From Octopus bimaculoides (taxonomy: Eukaryota): a DNA stretch of 41,245 nucleotides. Shown piece by piece: positions 22,730-35,884 of this stretch. Position numbers and translations under genes: made by a program. A model generated the notes under the pieces. The model saw only the letters and a program-made list of their open reading frames with translations. It was not told the DNA's origin and did not search any database. Positions within the stretch are counted from its first letter, which is position 1; every line of letters starts with the position of its first letter. The stretch is from assembly GCF_001194135.2 (NCBI RefSeq), contig NC_068985.1, forward strand, positions 89,145,070-89,186,314, written 5' to 3'.

Positions 22730-22900
22730 AGATCTCGGTCAGAATGATGCAGAAAGCCGACATATGTAATGTTACCGAAATTCGCCAACTTCAGTGACTT
22801 CAGTGACCAATCACATGAAAGTAATACACTTGTTATTCCCAGGGTGGTGCTGTTGCAGAATATGTTACATGTAGTTTGGATTTGACGGAAACTGAAATAT
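22730..22900 (+). mobile_element. Possible decayed LINE apurinic endonuclease fragment
   Basis: One frame with stops reads KADICNVTE...SQGGAVAEYV (cf. DII.ITE...GGGVAIYV). Confidence 0.25.
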
Positions 22901-23412
22901 AGAATGAGGTGCTGATTCCTGGTATAAACCAAAGCAATAACGTAATGACTTTCAATTGAATGTTAAAATAAACATCGAATAATTGAAATAAACCATAAAT
23001 CCATCTATGAGTAATATACTTCATATCCAGTATCTTTAGTTATTGTGTTAAATACAACAATAATAAGAGGCTTAACTAGAAAAACCATACGAACATTTCT
23101 CATGCAGATGTGGTAATTACCCACATAACAATCACTGGAATATACATCAGTCAGCACTAAAGCATATTTCCTCCTCAATACCAGCCCCTTTATAAACATC
23201 ATATTAGATTTATTATCATCAGCCTCATCGTCGTCGTTGTAGTCGTCATAGTTAATATGGTAGACTTATTTCAATGTATCATGAAATTATAATATCCTAC
23301 CAGTTTGTTCCATATTTTCAATATGGTTTGGAAAAAATTCGATTGCTGAGTGTTAATCAAAAGGACATGTATTTTTATTTTATATTTATATCTAATTCGT
23401 CAGTGAAGAGCC

Positions 23413-23444
<32 letters not shown>

Positions 23445-23995
23445 TGGTGACGTTTTATCTAAATATGCAACTATATTTCAAATTATATTTCATTCACTGA
23501 ATTTTGTAACTCAATTATTAAATATTTTCTTACAACAATTGTGCGTTTTTTAATGGGAAATTCTTTCATTTCGACTGAAACTAAGGCAAATGTATTTAAT
23601 ATTTGATATACTCTCAGTTAAATTAAATCTATTTTATGTTAAGTGCTCCATTTATTTTTATTAAATTCACGAGAATGAGAAGCATACGTTTACCATGGGG
23701 GAATTTCATTTTGAGAAAACAATAAAATATTTTAATTAATTAGGCATAAATCACAATTGTACTTTTAAACGTTGCTACCGTTTGTTAATTTAATTTAACT
23801 TAAACAGGCTGACTCCATTATCAATCCATATCACTGCTGCTGCTGCTGCTGCTTGTGTATTCATTATGTCCTCTTCCTACCACCATTCTAGCTCATATTC
23901 CATATTGCTTACAACTCTTCTGTTTTACTAAACGACAGTTAGTATATGTATGTAAACACGCACACACACATGTACATGCATACATATATACATAT

Positions 23996-24063
<68 letters not shown>

Positions 24064-24124
24064 TGTATGTACATATAAACATACATACACACACATACGC
24101 AGACGCGTGCGCACGCACGCACGC

Positions 24125-24156
<32 letters not shown>

Positions 24157-25034
24157 ACACGCAAACATATATATGTACTTGATGGACAATTCATTTCGTA
24201 TTTATCTTTCTCTAGAATTTCACTTTATGTGTGTGGTGTCAACATTTTTCTGTTGTTTTATTCGCCACGAAAATGTTGCCAATAGAACGAATTATCAATA
24301 CACGATAATGAATCATGTATTATCTGTCATATTTACATTCAGTTTTGTTCAAAACTCTCCGATAAAGAAGCTATCAAGTTACAACAATATATCAGTTGTG
24401 GTTCATGTTTTATCCAATGTCTTTCTTCAGAACCCACTATAATTGTCATTTTATCTACGCAAAGCGAAACACGTTTAATTGATGTCCAACTTTCAAGACT
24501 TTCATGCATGTATTTACAAATACATATCCCTAAACGTTCAATAGCTTCCTTGTATAGAACCATGTATTCAAATTTCAATCCTGCTTAATAGGTATTTCAA
24601 TAATATTCGAAATAAGGGGATTTTATGCGGAGAGAGATGAATTCCACGAGTAATCAACAATTAACACGCGATCCTTGTGGACATTAAACTATACACACTG
24701 CAGATAAATTACAAATCATGCTAATCTGATTTATGATAGATTTACTAATTGAATATGATAGCAATTGCTACAGAAATATTAATTCACTTTTGACAACGCG
24801 CTCGTCAGGAATGTGGAACTAAGCCCACATATATAGGCGTATACGGTTGTGTGTACGTGTTCTGTAATGTGCCCCTTTAAAGCATATCGGCTTAAAAGCT
24901 TGTGATAAAGGAAGAAAATCCACTAAACATCTATTTCACGCTCTAAGGGTTGCCTTGACAATATCAAGGAAGCTGGTAGTATCGGCGAACGAAAACAGCT
25001 TCAACACACGGAACGTATTCTAAGTTAAATATAT

Positions 25035-25320
25035 ATGTTTGAAAGTGTGAGGTGTGTGTGTATGTATGTTTGTGCCTTTCTGTGTGTGCGTGTATGTATG
25101 TTTGTATCTTTGTGTGTGCGTATGCGTATGTGTGCCTTTCTGTGTGTGAGTGTATGTATGTTTGTATCTTTGTCTATGTGTATGTGTGTTGAGTTTGTAT
25201 GTAAGCTTGTGTCTTTGTGTCTATGTGTATGTATGTATGTTTGTTCCTTTGTGTGTGTATATGTTTGTGTCTTTGCGTGTATGTATATGTATATATCATT
25301 GTTCCTCTGTCTGCGTGGGT
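25035..25320. repeat. Degenerate GT-rich minisatellite/low-complexity tract
   Basis: Recurrent gtatgtatgtttgt..ctttgtgtgtgcgtatg units. Confidence 0.8.
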
Positions 25321-25450
25321 GCGTGTGGCCTAGTGATTAGTATGTTACACTCACATTCGCTACATTATGAGTTCGATTTCCAGACCGGGCCACGTGTTGT
25401 TTGCTCAACAAAATTCTTCAGGCTTTGTTGGTCCGGTCGACATGGCTGAA
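25321..25450 (+). mobile_element. Decayed tRNA-SINE head
   Basis: A-box-like tggcctagtgatt and B-box-like gagttcgatttcc followed by agaccggg. Confidence 0.5.
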
Positions 25451-26041
25451 AGTGTGTTAATCTGAGACGAAAGAGGCTTCCAATGAGGTAAATTCTATTC
25501 AGCAGCGTTGCATCATTGGAAGCATAAAACGATGAAAATCGACATATAACCAACCTATGTACAGTGTTTTTGAACAAAGTCCAAAACTTACGATTAGGTA
25601 AGTGAACAATTTGTGATGTCCCTTAAATGTATGTCTCAGTTACTGCTTTTGTAAGACAACGGTGTATTTCATAATCCAATAACAACGCTCATATAGCTAA
25701 AAGCCATTTTAGCTAAGGCCGATTTATATTTGAACTCTGAATAACGTGGCTGAACGCGGAGTGAGTAAAATCTAACGAAAGGATGTAATATCAGAAACAT
25801 TAAATATTCATGTCTTGGAATAACAGAATTATGATATCGTTCAAAAGAAGATAAATCATATCTGAATAGAAGGCCAAAATATTACATTCGAGGAATCTGT
25901 TAAAGAAAAAATTGCTGCCGTCATCATACACGCTATAATATACAATGGTAGATGTGTTTAATATTACAGATTTTGTTGCTCAACATACATAAACATACTT
26001 TTGTTTCGTACTGACTATCCATTTCTTTGTTCTCATTTAAG

Positions 26042-26063
26042 TTCTACGAATGGCCACCGAGAT
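26042..26063 (+). CDS. Candidate 22-nt microexon (TTCTACGAATGGCCACCGAGAT)
   Basis: Branch-like ctgac, pyrimidine tract ccatttctttgttctcatttaag and a consensus donor gtaagt. All three frames are open. Confidence 0.3.
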
Positions 26064-26849
26064 GTAAGTGTCAATACTTCAATCTGCAGCACCTGCTCAG
26101 TAATATCTCAACAGTGTTTCCTAGCCTTAATTTCTCCATTCTTTCTTGTTCATAGTAGCAGCTAGGTTTAACAAATAATGGAAGCCACCTACATCGCTCA
26201 TCACACACACACACCCTCACACACACACACCCACATACGCACACACACACACAACACACTCATAAACACTTATATGTAGGAGTTACCAACTTACCTAGAA
26301 CTACCATGTTTCCTATACATCAGAAACATTATCTCCTACCTCCCTCTCTTTCTCCCTCTCTTCTAACGAATTGCAACTTATCACCACTCTTAAATTGTCT
26401 CTTTCACTCATCTGTTTTTTTTTTTTCTTTTTCGTTCTCTCCATCTCTGCTTTCTACTCATTTTCGAACAAATCTTCTGCGAATTAACTTGGGATGTGTT
26501 GACGACAATATAACTGTCATGTATCTAAGGTATCTTCGGTCTGATGAGTAGGTAGAGGAGGAGCCTTAATTGTGTAATTACTATTTTCGGTGTTCTGCTA
26601 GCAACGAAACATATAGTCTCGATTTTACCTATTTCATTCCCTAAATTTGGAGTTTTAATCGAATACATAACAACCGCAGTTGCTATCCGTGAACTATAAT
26701 TTTTTTTTACCCCTTTATCGAACTTCGATATTGGAAAAAAATACAGCCTTCAACGTGAATACACCACTATTGTTCCAGAAACCCGAATTGCATCGGTAAC
26801 AAGCGATTAGTCACCTGTTGTCTATATTCCCTTTCCAAAGTATCGTGGC

Positions 26850-27010
26850 AAGTTGGCAGAAACGCCAGCCCGACGAGCAAAGTGCTTAGATGTATTTTAT
26901 CCGTCCTTACGTTCTGACTTCAAATACCACCGGGATTGAGTTTACCTTTCATCTAATTAATGTCGATAAAATAAGTACCACTTGAGCAAAGGGATCGATA
27001 TAATCGACTT
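26850..27010 (+). mobile_element. tRNA-derived SINE
   Basis: A-box-like tggcagaaacg, B-box-like gttctgacttcaaatacc, tail gtcgataaaataagtacca...gatcgatataatcgact. Homologues at 6500, 22070 and 27300. Confidence 0.65.
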
Positions 27011-27299
27011 ACCACAGACGCATATTATCTGATCTTGTGCCAACATTTGAAAGCGATGTTTCCCTTGAAAATGATTTGTGTTTTAATATGATTTCCCGCG
27101 TATTCGAGTCAAGTCTGTTTTCACAATTCAAAGCTGACGACTTACTGCCACCTATTGAGTACACTCGTCCTGCACTTGGTCATCAAATCTATCGATATCT
27201 CTCTATTACCATCGCCTTCGCACTCGTTTATGTAAGGTGTGACTACAGAGCTCAAACAACCAACAAACGATTATATCATCTATCATTATATATGGAGAG

Positions 27300-27470
27300 A
27301 ATCTAGGTGGTGTGCTAACAAAATCGTTAGCATGCCGAGCAAAAATGCTTTGTGGCATTTCGTGCCTCTTCACGTTCTGAGTTTTAATTCTGCCGATGTC
27401 GAATTTGTGTCATATACTTTCGAAGATGAGAAAATAAGTATCATTCGAGAATACTGAGATCGATGTCACT
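27300..27470 (+). mobile_element. tRNA-derived SINE, same family as 26850-27010
   Basis: aatcgttagcatgccgagcaaaaatgct...cgttctgagttttaattctgccga...aaaataagtatca...gatcgatgt. Confidence 0.6.
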
Positions 27471-28499
27471 GACTATTCCAGTTTTCAAAAATTTCGTCCT
27501 ATAGAAGAATTGATTATTATGCATCGAGATAATCGTGTATGACCCGTTGTTTTAAGCCTGGAATCGATCATTTTTGTTTCCTTGAAATATTTGATGGACG
27601 GAAATTGAAAATATATTTATACTATTTATACTACCGCTTCACAACCAGTGCTGTTATGTGTAAGTGACCGTAACATTGGCGGCTCGGCAAAAGTGACTGA
27701 TAAATAATTACCAGGCTTTTAAAAAAACAAGAACTTTTTTACGATTCCTTCTATTAAGAGAAAATATTGAGTCTGGTGCCTGAGCATTGCTGCAATATAT
27801 TGACTGAATCAAATAAGAATAGAAAGACAGAAACATATAAAAACGTATTTTGGGGAAAAAAATGGTAAAACGATTTTGAAATAAACGAAGCATTTAATAG
27901 TTTAAGATCCATATACGTCTTTAACGTCATCTAATTCTATTCCCATTGCAATACTGGTTCTTCTTATAAGTCGCTTCTGATGTCTTGTCTTTAAAGAGCC
28001 AAGTTTTTTCGTGAAGATATTGGGAAATATAATAAAAGCTTGTAGAAAAACAATTGTTCTGTTTTTCTGAAATAGTTGAATGGAAAAAAAAACTGCGGTG
28101 GATACTGAGTTGCCCAAGTACAATTGTGTTGGATGATGGATCGAGGTAAACGCAGGACTGATCTGGCATTGTGTTATTCCTCTGTGAAGTATGAATGTCC
28201 TGGCTGGTAATGTTCAATCCAGCCTAGGAGAATTCAGCCAGCGTTGAACAATGACATCCTCCTTAAATGCTTTACCACAAACACCTACCGCCTCCTTGCT
28301 GGCATTGTGCTAACTACAATCGGTCTGGAAGTTGGGTCGAGATGACAATGGAAACTAGAAATGGATATAACCTTTTCCATGAACTTTAAATTCCGGCAAA
28401 ATAACTTAAGTCCACATGAAGCTTTTCCAAATATATACGGCATCTTACAACCTCTCAGATAGAATCCAGACTACAGCTCTGGACGGAAAAAGCTTGAGA

Positions 28500-28850
28500 A
28501 TGACCCTGTCGAATTGAAATGTGACTCTTTTCTTGTGACGACACCCCTCCTAGTTCAGAAACATATTGGATTCACTGGAAGTTTTAAGAGAGAGCGAACG
28601 AGCTGAGAACGAGAAGAACACGATCAAAAGTTGCATTCGTCAGAAGTGGATACAAGACCGGGCCGTACTACCTGTGAATGTGCAGATCATACTGTGAAAA
28701 ACTGTCTTGTTTGTTCGCTATTGGCCAAATCATTCATCGCAATAGACCGTGTATGGTGCAATTATTATGCAATGAACTCTGAAGAGAAAATCGCAGTTCT
28801 CATAAGCTATGAAGCTTCGAAGAGCAAAAAACATCATCACAGAAATACCT
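28500..28850 (+). mobile_element. Possible decayed N-terminus of a LINE APE endonuclease
   Basis: TLSN*NVTL (cf. TWNVRTL), VAF/SEV..RPG (cf. IAALSEVR.PG) and later SEEKIAVL (cf. SDRII.L) occur in the expected order. Confidence 0.3.
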
Positions 28851-28851
28851 C

Positions 28852-28891
28852 TAGTAGTAGTAGTAGTAGTAGCAGTAGTAGTAGTAGTAGC

Positions 28892-28948
<57 letters not shown>
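28852..28948. repeat. (TAG)n trinucleotide microsatellite
   Basis: Direct reading, with two CAG variant units. It gives the poly-Ser in ORF 28631-28978. Confidence 0.97.
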
Positions 28949-28949
<1 letters not shown>

Positions 28950-29053
28950 TAATTTTTAAGATGTTCATTTCAACGTAGCTTTACATAACATAACAGTCCT
29001 CGTAATTGTAGCCATGTGATACTTTACTCAAATGTATTATTCCTTTCCTTCAG

Positions 29054-29136
29054 AACACGACGAAGATGCTGTACATGAGAAGTACTTATTGTTAGCCACA
29101 TCGTTGTTAATGGAATTTGGAAATGAAAATAGATGA
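29054..29136 (+). CDS. Candidate terminal exon (xHDEDAVHEKYLLLATSLLMEFGNENR*)
   Basis: Acceptor ttattcctttccttcag, open phase-1 frame to TGA at 29134-29136, AATAAA at 29225-29230. Confidence 0.2.
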
Positions 29137-30559
29137 AAATGATTTGTAACTAAAAACTAAACGAATTTCGTGACCAAGATTTCATGTAGAAAGATAAGCC
29201 ATGTTCTACAGAGGTTTTCACTACAATAAATGGAATATTACATTCCTACTTCGGTAGAAATATCAAATTGATCACGTATTATTTAACGGAAAATAGCTGT
29301 CATTATATATATCTAAAGCGCATTAGCTATGTAAGTGAAAGGTATTCAGTAAAGAATTTCAACGGCTGTTCCTTTATTTGCCATTTTCTACATAATAGCT
29401 CTGGAATGTGGAACCAGTCGCACACGCATTTTATTAAGAACAAACTTTTGTATAATGTCGTATTTCACTAAGGATATCCATGGCACAACAGGAAATCATT
29501 GTACTTCCTCACAGTTAAAGCATATATTAGGAATTTTAACTGGAAATGCCTTTTAAAAGAAATTACATGATAGCTAAAATATGTTAATCCACGCACGTTC
29601 TTTCTTCAGTACTTCATAGAAGCAAGGTATGCAAAATAATATAATAATGTTATTAGAGTTACAATGGACATAAACATTGATATACATTTAATGCTAGAGG
29701 GATTTAGATAGAGTAGTTTTAAAACTTTGGTGTTTTTCGAACATGCGATAACACAAGATATATAAAAGACCCATCGATGTTACAAATGCACTACGAGATG
29801 GAAAGGGGAATGTAATTCTATAATCGGCATATGAAGAATATATGTTTTAAAGAGATACTATACATTTCAGACGATGTTTTATAAGAAAAATAATAAGCAA
29901 AATATTAGCCAGTTATTAAGGCATATATACTAATTCATACTTATAATTTATAATTTATAAATTTTAATTCTTTATACTACAAAGTATAATTTTTATTCTT
30001 TATTTTTAATCTTTAATGCTTAATTGTGTTGCTTATTTTTAAAGGAATGTAAAATTAGATATATAATATTTTGAAATAAAACCTGAAGATGTGTTGTAAT
30101 AATTGTANNNNNNNNNNNNNNNNNNNNNNNNNNNNNNNNNNNNNNNNNNNNNNNNNNNNNNNNNNNNNNNNNNNNNNNNNNNNNNNNNNNNNNNNNNNNN
30201 NNNNNNNNNNNNNNNNNNNNNNNNNNNNNNNNNNNNNNNNNNTATATATGAGTATACAGTTGTGTATATGCATATATATTGTAACCTTCCAATACTGAAA
30301 CGTGTGTAGTTCCTTCGTATTTAACAAATATAAGTATTAACTAAAGTAGGATATAATTCATGAATTATATATACTCAGCCGGTAATTTTGGTTATGTTCT
30401 TCAAGTATTAATTCGTGATGTGCAAACTGATACCATGAGTTTACTGTCAAATATGCTCATTAGGTTATTTTTGTATTATCTGAAATAGATTACCCGCATA
30501 TCGATTAATCCCTACAAATTGAATTATATATATATATATGTGTGTGCGTGTCTGTGTGT

Positions 30560-30599
<40 letters not shown>

Positions 30600-31414
30600 G
30601 GGATACGTGCAATCCTTGCAATAACCTCATCGGCTCTTCATGCATGGACCTGACTAGTATAGTGATTTGACAATCGATGAATTACTTATACGCGTTCAAT
30701 TATAGAAGTACACTTCAACAATCCATGTCATATATATCCATTATTCATGTCATAATGATCACAAATTGAAGTATTATTATTTTAATTGGGAAAAAGAGAC
30801 GGTAAATAAATGTTACCACGTTATGCAAGTAAGAAAGAAATGGAGAAAAAACAACACAATGCAGCGTTCAATTGCCTTTTCAGACATTTAATTTTGATGA
30901 ACATCCTGCAATGCACGAAAAAGTTTTGCCACTTCATAGGCGTGTCAGCAAAGACTAAACACATATATATTTCTATCCTCTAAACTCTTTAATATGCTAT
31001 CCATCAGACATGATAAAAGTGAATAATAGAAATAAAGTCAGTAGAATACCTCCTACGGTTGTAAATATGTTCTTCTCGGAGATAGCTCGATCATTAATAC
31101 GATCTATTTGGTGACATTTTAATATTTCAACAGACAAACATATACAGACGTAGTTGAGAGTGAAATTAAGATGAATACAATGATAAAACAGTACACAAAC
31201 CTGCAAAACACTCTCTCAAACTTCGTCTCCCCCCACACATTCTCCTTCTTTCTTTCTTTCCCTTTAAATACTTCTTTGCACACATTTCTAATTACACGCA
31301 CGCACATACGTTTATATATTGTCACTCAACGAACAACGCTTACATACCAGTCAGACACACGCACTTACACATTTCTGTATGATACCCTCTCACACTATAT
31401 GTATATTATCTGTA

Positions 31415-31455
<41 letters not shown>

Positions 31456-32747
31456 NNNNNNNNNNNNNNNNNNNNNNNNNNNNNNNNNNNNNNNNNNNTA
31501 TATATACTATAATATATAATATATATGTGTAACTATATATGTTTCTATATATATATATATATATCTTTTTTCCATGAATCTGTCCTGCATTAAAGCTGCA
31601 AGTAGAGTTTGTTCGATTCCAGACTGGATAGTATGACGTTTGTGGGGCAATTTTCCCAACATTTACTTTGACTGATTTCTTATTAACAATGTGTGTGGCC
31701 AGGTATTGTCATAGAGAAATGCAGTTAATTTCATATTTTGCACAATCTCATCCCCTTACAGTTTTCGTTAATTATTTTGAGTGCGTGGACGTATCGCTCG
31801 ATGTTCATGATAGACATATTCCATTGAAATTCATGCTAACGTTCTTATAATCTTTAATCGATGCTAAGTGAAGACACTTTTAGTATGATTTCTAGATACA
31901 CTAGTTTTATATAATACATGGGAAGCGTAAAATTATATAGTTCTTATGAGCAGATCAATACGAAGTAACAACCGCATTCATTAAACTTAAATATTTCACT
32001 CTCGTATTGAGGAGATGCTCCTAAGATCCTAAATTTACCAAGTGTATAAACTCTGAGATCACAAAATCAGTAGAAACAGTGTATGTTTTATTAAAACTAT
32101 AAAAAGAAAATGTTCATCTAAAACACATATCAAAATTGAAGTTTATGACCAAAATTAATTTGAATTTTCATTCACAGCATAAATATCGTTTTTACATTTT
32201 AATTATATTTATTGAATTTTTGTTTGAGATCAAGTTGAAATTAAATGATTCTATTAGCAACAATGAATTCAATATAGAAAATTTATAAATATTCATATGA
32301 CTATTTTAATAATAAACAACTATTATTGAGTGGTTGAACTAAATATTTTGTTCCAGACCGTAAAGATAGATAAGAATATATTTAAATCTAAACTAATACA
32401 AACGTATTGTAGCTAATTTCTTATATAATCACTTAATAATGATTGTTGATTTCGTTTCGCAGCCCAAATATACTGACCATTGCCTATTTTTCAATCTTCG
32501 ATTGCAGTATTTAAATAGGCGTATTTGTACACGATGATGAAAAAGGTGCGATAACTCATAAAAAGTGCATAGAATCCATTAAGTTATTTTCTATCTTTGA
32601 TTCGCATTCTTTAGTTATACGTGTAAATATTCGTGAACGAATCTTCGTAAGATTCAGAGCTGGTTTTATTTTCTACGGAAGGTTCTTTCTGCTTTTCATC
32701 ACTGTTTACAATTATCTTTTTTTTTAAATGCTTCATGTTTCACATAG

Positions 32748-32818
32748 ATGTAATTGTTGGCGCTGAATCCGAATTTGTTATTCATTTATTCAAGAAAAAT
32801 TTTGCAAAACTGTTTCAG
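32748..32818 (+). CDS. Candidate 71-nt exon (xVIVGAESEFVIHLFKKNFAKLFQ)
   Basis: Acceptor tgcttcatgtttcacatag, donor CAG|gtattc, one open frame. Confidence 0.2.
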
Positions 32819-32850
32819 GTATTCAAAGATTGATAGTTTTCAGAATTTTC

Positions 32851-32994
32851 AACCAATCAGAAAACAGCACGTTCGCTGTCTCTTCTATCATCTGGGTGAG
32901 AGGAGAGGCATGGGCATGTGAAAACACTAAACATCAATTTCTTAAAATAAATCATGTTTCTCCTAGCTCCTTCTCCCCCTTGTGCGCATGCGCA
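32851..32994. promoter_or_regulatory. Candidate promoter/enhancer: NF-Y CCAAT box and NRF1-type palindrome
   Basis: AACCAATCAGA at 32851-32861 and an exact TGCGCATGCGCA at 32983-32994, in non-microsatellite context. Confidence 0.35.
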
Positions 32995-34446
32995 GCATCT
33001 TTGTTTAAAGGCTAGTAACTTTTTCTAATTATGTATTTATAGAGAAAATGAATTCCATGTTCTTATTTAGTATACGCAATTTAGTCCATATACCAAATTT
33101 GAAAACAATTAGAACAAAATTGCAAAATGTGACGAAACCTACAAAGATACCTATAGGAAATCTGAGGAGGTAGACATAAGAATGAATACAACACATTGTC
33201 AACATAATAGAACACATTTTTAACGTTTTAACCTTTCATACACTTGTAAATATTTCATGGCTGGAAAAATGAAATACGGTGCACCACCAGCAATGGGCAT
33301 AAAAGTACTAATTTGCCGAGCATGTTTTTAATTACTTAATTTAAACGTTAAACATTAATATATAAATCCGATTATCCAAAAGCGTTACTTCGTTAAATTT
33401 AATGGGTGTTTAAGCAATATGTTAGTGAATAGTTAATAGTTGGAACATAGTGTTGAAGAGGTACAAATATCATCTGAAATATGAATATACATGTAATACT
33501 TATTTTCTCTCTGCGATCGCATTGATTACATAGACATATGTATATTCGAAATATTATAAGCTTAAGTGCTAACTCTAAATTCTATAGAAAATGAATAATG
33601 GTAACCTAAAAGTAATTACTTAGTATTTGATTTATGATCTCAGTACGCAAACAATAATAATGACAGCTAACAAACTATATTTCTCATATCGATGTCTTAA
33701 TTGTTGTAAATCTGTTGTACCGCATCGTAATAAAACCCGGAACCTCTGCCGGATGGAATTTTTTCCACTGAATCACAAGACACATTATGAAATATCATTT
33801 AAAAATTGCGTTTTCCATGCATACACGGTATGAAAGGACAGTCTTTGCTGAAAGACATCCGATATTAAATTTGTTCAATCAAACCAAAATGACATCACAA
33901 ACAGTTTCTGGCTATTGATTCGAAAATATTATTTTCGTCGGATTCGATATGAATTCAAAGCAAGGACTCCACAGATCGTAAATAATATACAATGTCGAGG
34001 TGATATGAAAGTGTGGCAGCCATAATATAATTCAGATTTAGACAGATCATTGTGTTGACGAGGAAGCTGAATTGCAGGAAATACCAAAGATATTGAAATT
34101 AGAACTCCCTATCAGTAGATGTTGCTTTTATAATTTATTTATTTTTTTTACGTATTTATTGATTGCCATATTGCAGTGTTCTCGATACACTGAAATTATA
34201 AACTAGGTCGAGATATAGTTATTCGTATTTGTATTTTTACTTTTAGTTGAGTAGTCGCTTATATATCAATAAATCATTATAATGTACACACAAACACACC
34301 ACACACGTATATACACATACTCAAGCACGCACAGAAACACACACACAAATATATAAATATATGTAATAAAAAATGGATATATGTATTTATAAAATATTTT
34401 TGTGATTATGCACACACCTACATACCTACACCTGCAAATGAACACA

Positions 34447-34478
<32 letters not shown>

Positions 34479-35019
34479 NNNNNNNNNNNNNNNNNNNNNN
34501 NNNNNNNNNNNNNNNNNNNNNNNNNNNNNNNNNNNNNNNNNNNNNNNNNNNNNNNNNNNNNNNNNNNNNNNNNNNNNNNNNNNNNNNNNNNNNNNNNNNN
34601 NNNNNNNNNNNNNNNNNNNNNNNNNNNNNNNNNNNNNNNNNNNNNNNNNNNNNNNNNNNNNNNNNNNNNNNNNNNNNNNNNNNNNNNNNNNNNNNNNNNN
34701 NNNNNNNNNNNNNNNNNNNNNNNNNNNNNNNNNNNNNNNNNNNNNNNNNNNNNNNNNNNNNNNNNNNNNNNNNNNNNNNNNNNNNNNNNNNNNNNNNNNN
34801 NNNNNNNNNNNNNNNNNNNNNNNNNNNNNNNNNNNNNNNNNNNNNNNNNNNNNNNNNNNNNNNNNNNNNNNNNNNNNNNNNNNNNNNNNNNNNNNNNNNN
34901 NNNNNNNNNNNNNNNNNNNNNNNNNNNNNNNNNNNNNNNNNNNNNNNNNNNNATATATATATATATACGTAGATATGTTACGACCAAAGATTGGTCGAAG
35001 CCATATCTAATTTAATAGC

Positions 35020-35884
35020 ACCACCTGATAGGATTATCTAAATCCATTTTAAGTCAGGTTTTGTGGTTTTATGATCCATTCAAGTAGTGAGTTCATGTTG
35101 AGTGAGTCGTATCCAAGTATGGCTGGGTTATCTGGTATTCCTTGAAGAAAACTTTCCAGACTTCGTTTATAAGTGATGGGATCCTTTTCTTCTTTGATCA
35201 GTTTTGGGACAACGTTAAACAGGACAGGGCCTGTTGAGGGAAATACATTGTGTCGCAGTGTACCTATATGCTGTGATCCTGGACTGGACAGGGGATTATG
35301 GTCCGTAGTCCCAGCCTTGTATAAACCTTGAAACTTATGTTCTGGTCGTTTGGGAAATGCTAGTGGTATATTCTCCACATCGTGTAAATAACGCACCGCT
35401 CACGGCGGCACTGGAGACGGTAGACATTCAAGGTTTTAAGTCGAACCCACTAATCGAGATGTCATGCCCTTAATTCGTTTAGTGAGTGTCCTCTGGGATG
35501 ATTCAGCTTTCAAGATATTTTGTTTTCTATATGGAGACCAAAGGGAGCAGCAGTATTCGAGGTGCGGTATTCGAGGTGCGGTCTCTAGACCGGAAGCTTC
35601 TTAAGATCCAGGAGGTCATCCTATGATCTATATCGACCTTATTGTTCACGTGAGCACTCCAACTGAGATTGTTATCAACAATTACAACAAAATCTCTGAT
35701 ATTATTAGATGCTGTGCGCGGTTCCCTTGAAGGAAGAGATTATAGATGTTTTAGTATAGTCTTTCTTCCAAAATGCATCAGCTCAAATTTTCCCTCGTTT
35801 AGTAGAATGTTGTCGTTGTCTGCACTTTGACTCGCCGAATATAGATCAGACTGGAGTTGTGCTCGGTCTTCTTCTTCATTGATG
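35020..35884 (-). mobile_element. LINE (CR1/L2/Jockey-group-like) ORF2 3' part: RT C-terminus and tail, truncated by a gap
   Basis: Minus translation: DRAQLQSDL...NEGKFELMHFG...IRDFVVIVDNNLSWSAHV...RPHLEYCCSLWSPY...QRTLTKRI.GM...LNVYRLQCRRER...GPVLFNVVPK...DNPAILGY. Confidence 0.88.

Noticed and set aside
23790-23870. Minus-strand AAAAAAVIWIDNGVSLFK, similar to the actin N-terminal VVDNG
   Set aside because: It is driven by a (CAG)6 repeat, lacks GSG..KAG, is followed by a stop, and no other actin exons are visible.
23855-24442. 195-aa ORF and similar HTHT/YIYI/CVCV ORFs elsewhere
   Set aside because: These are translations of (CA)n and (TA)n microsatellites.
24920-25025. Minus-strand NTFRVLKLF...KATLRA, similar to an ion-channel S4-S5 segment
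   Set aside because: It lacks the R-x-x-R periodicity, has a weak donor and an in-frame stop, and has no supporting exons.
26540-26560. CTGATGAG motif
   Set aside because: No downstream GAAA or stems.
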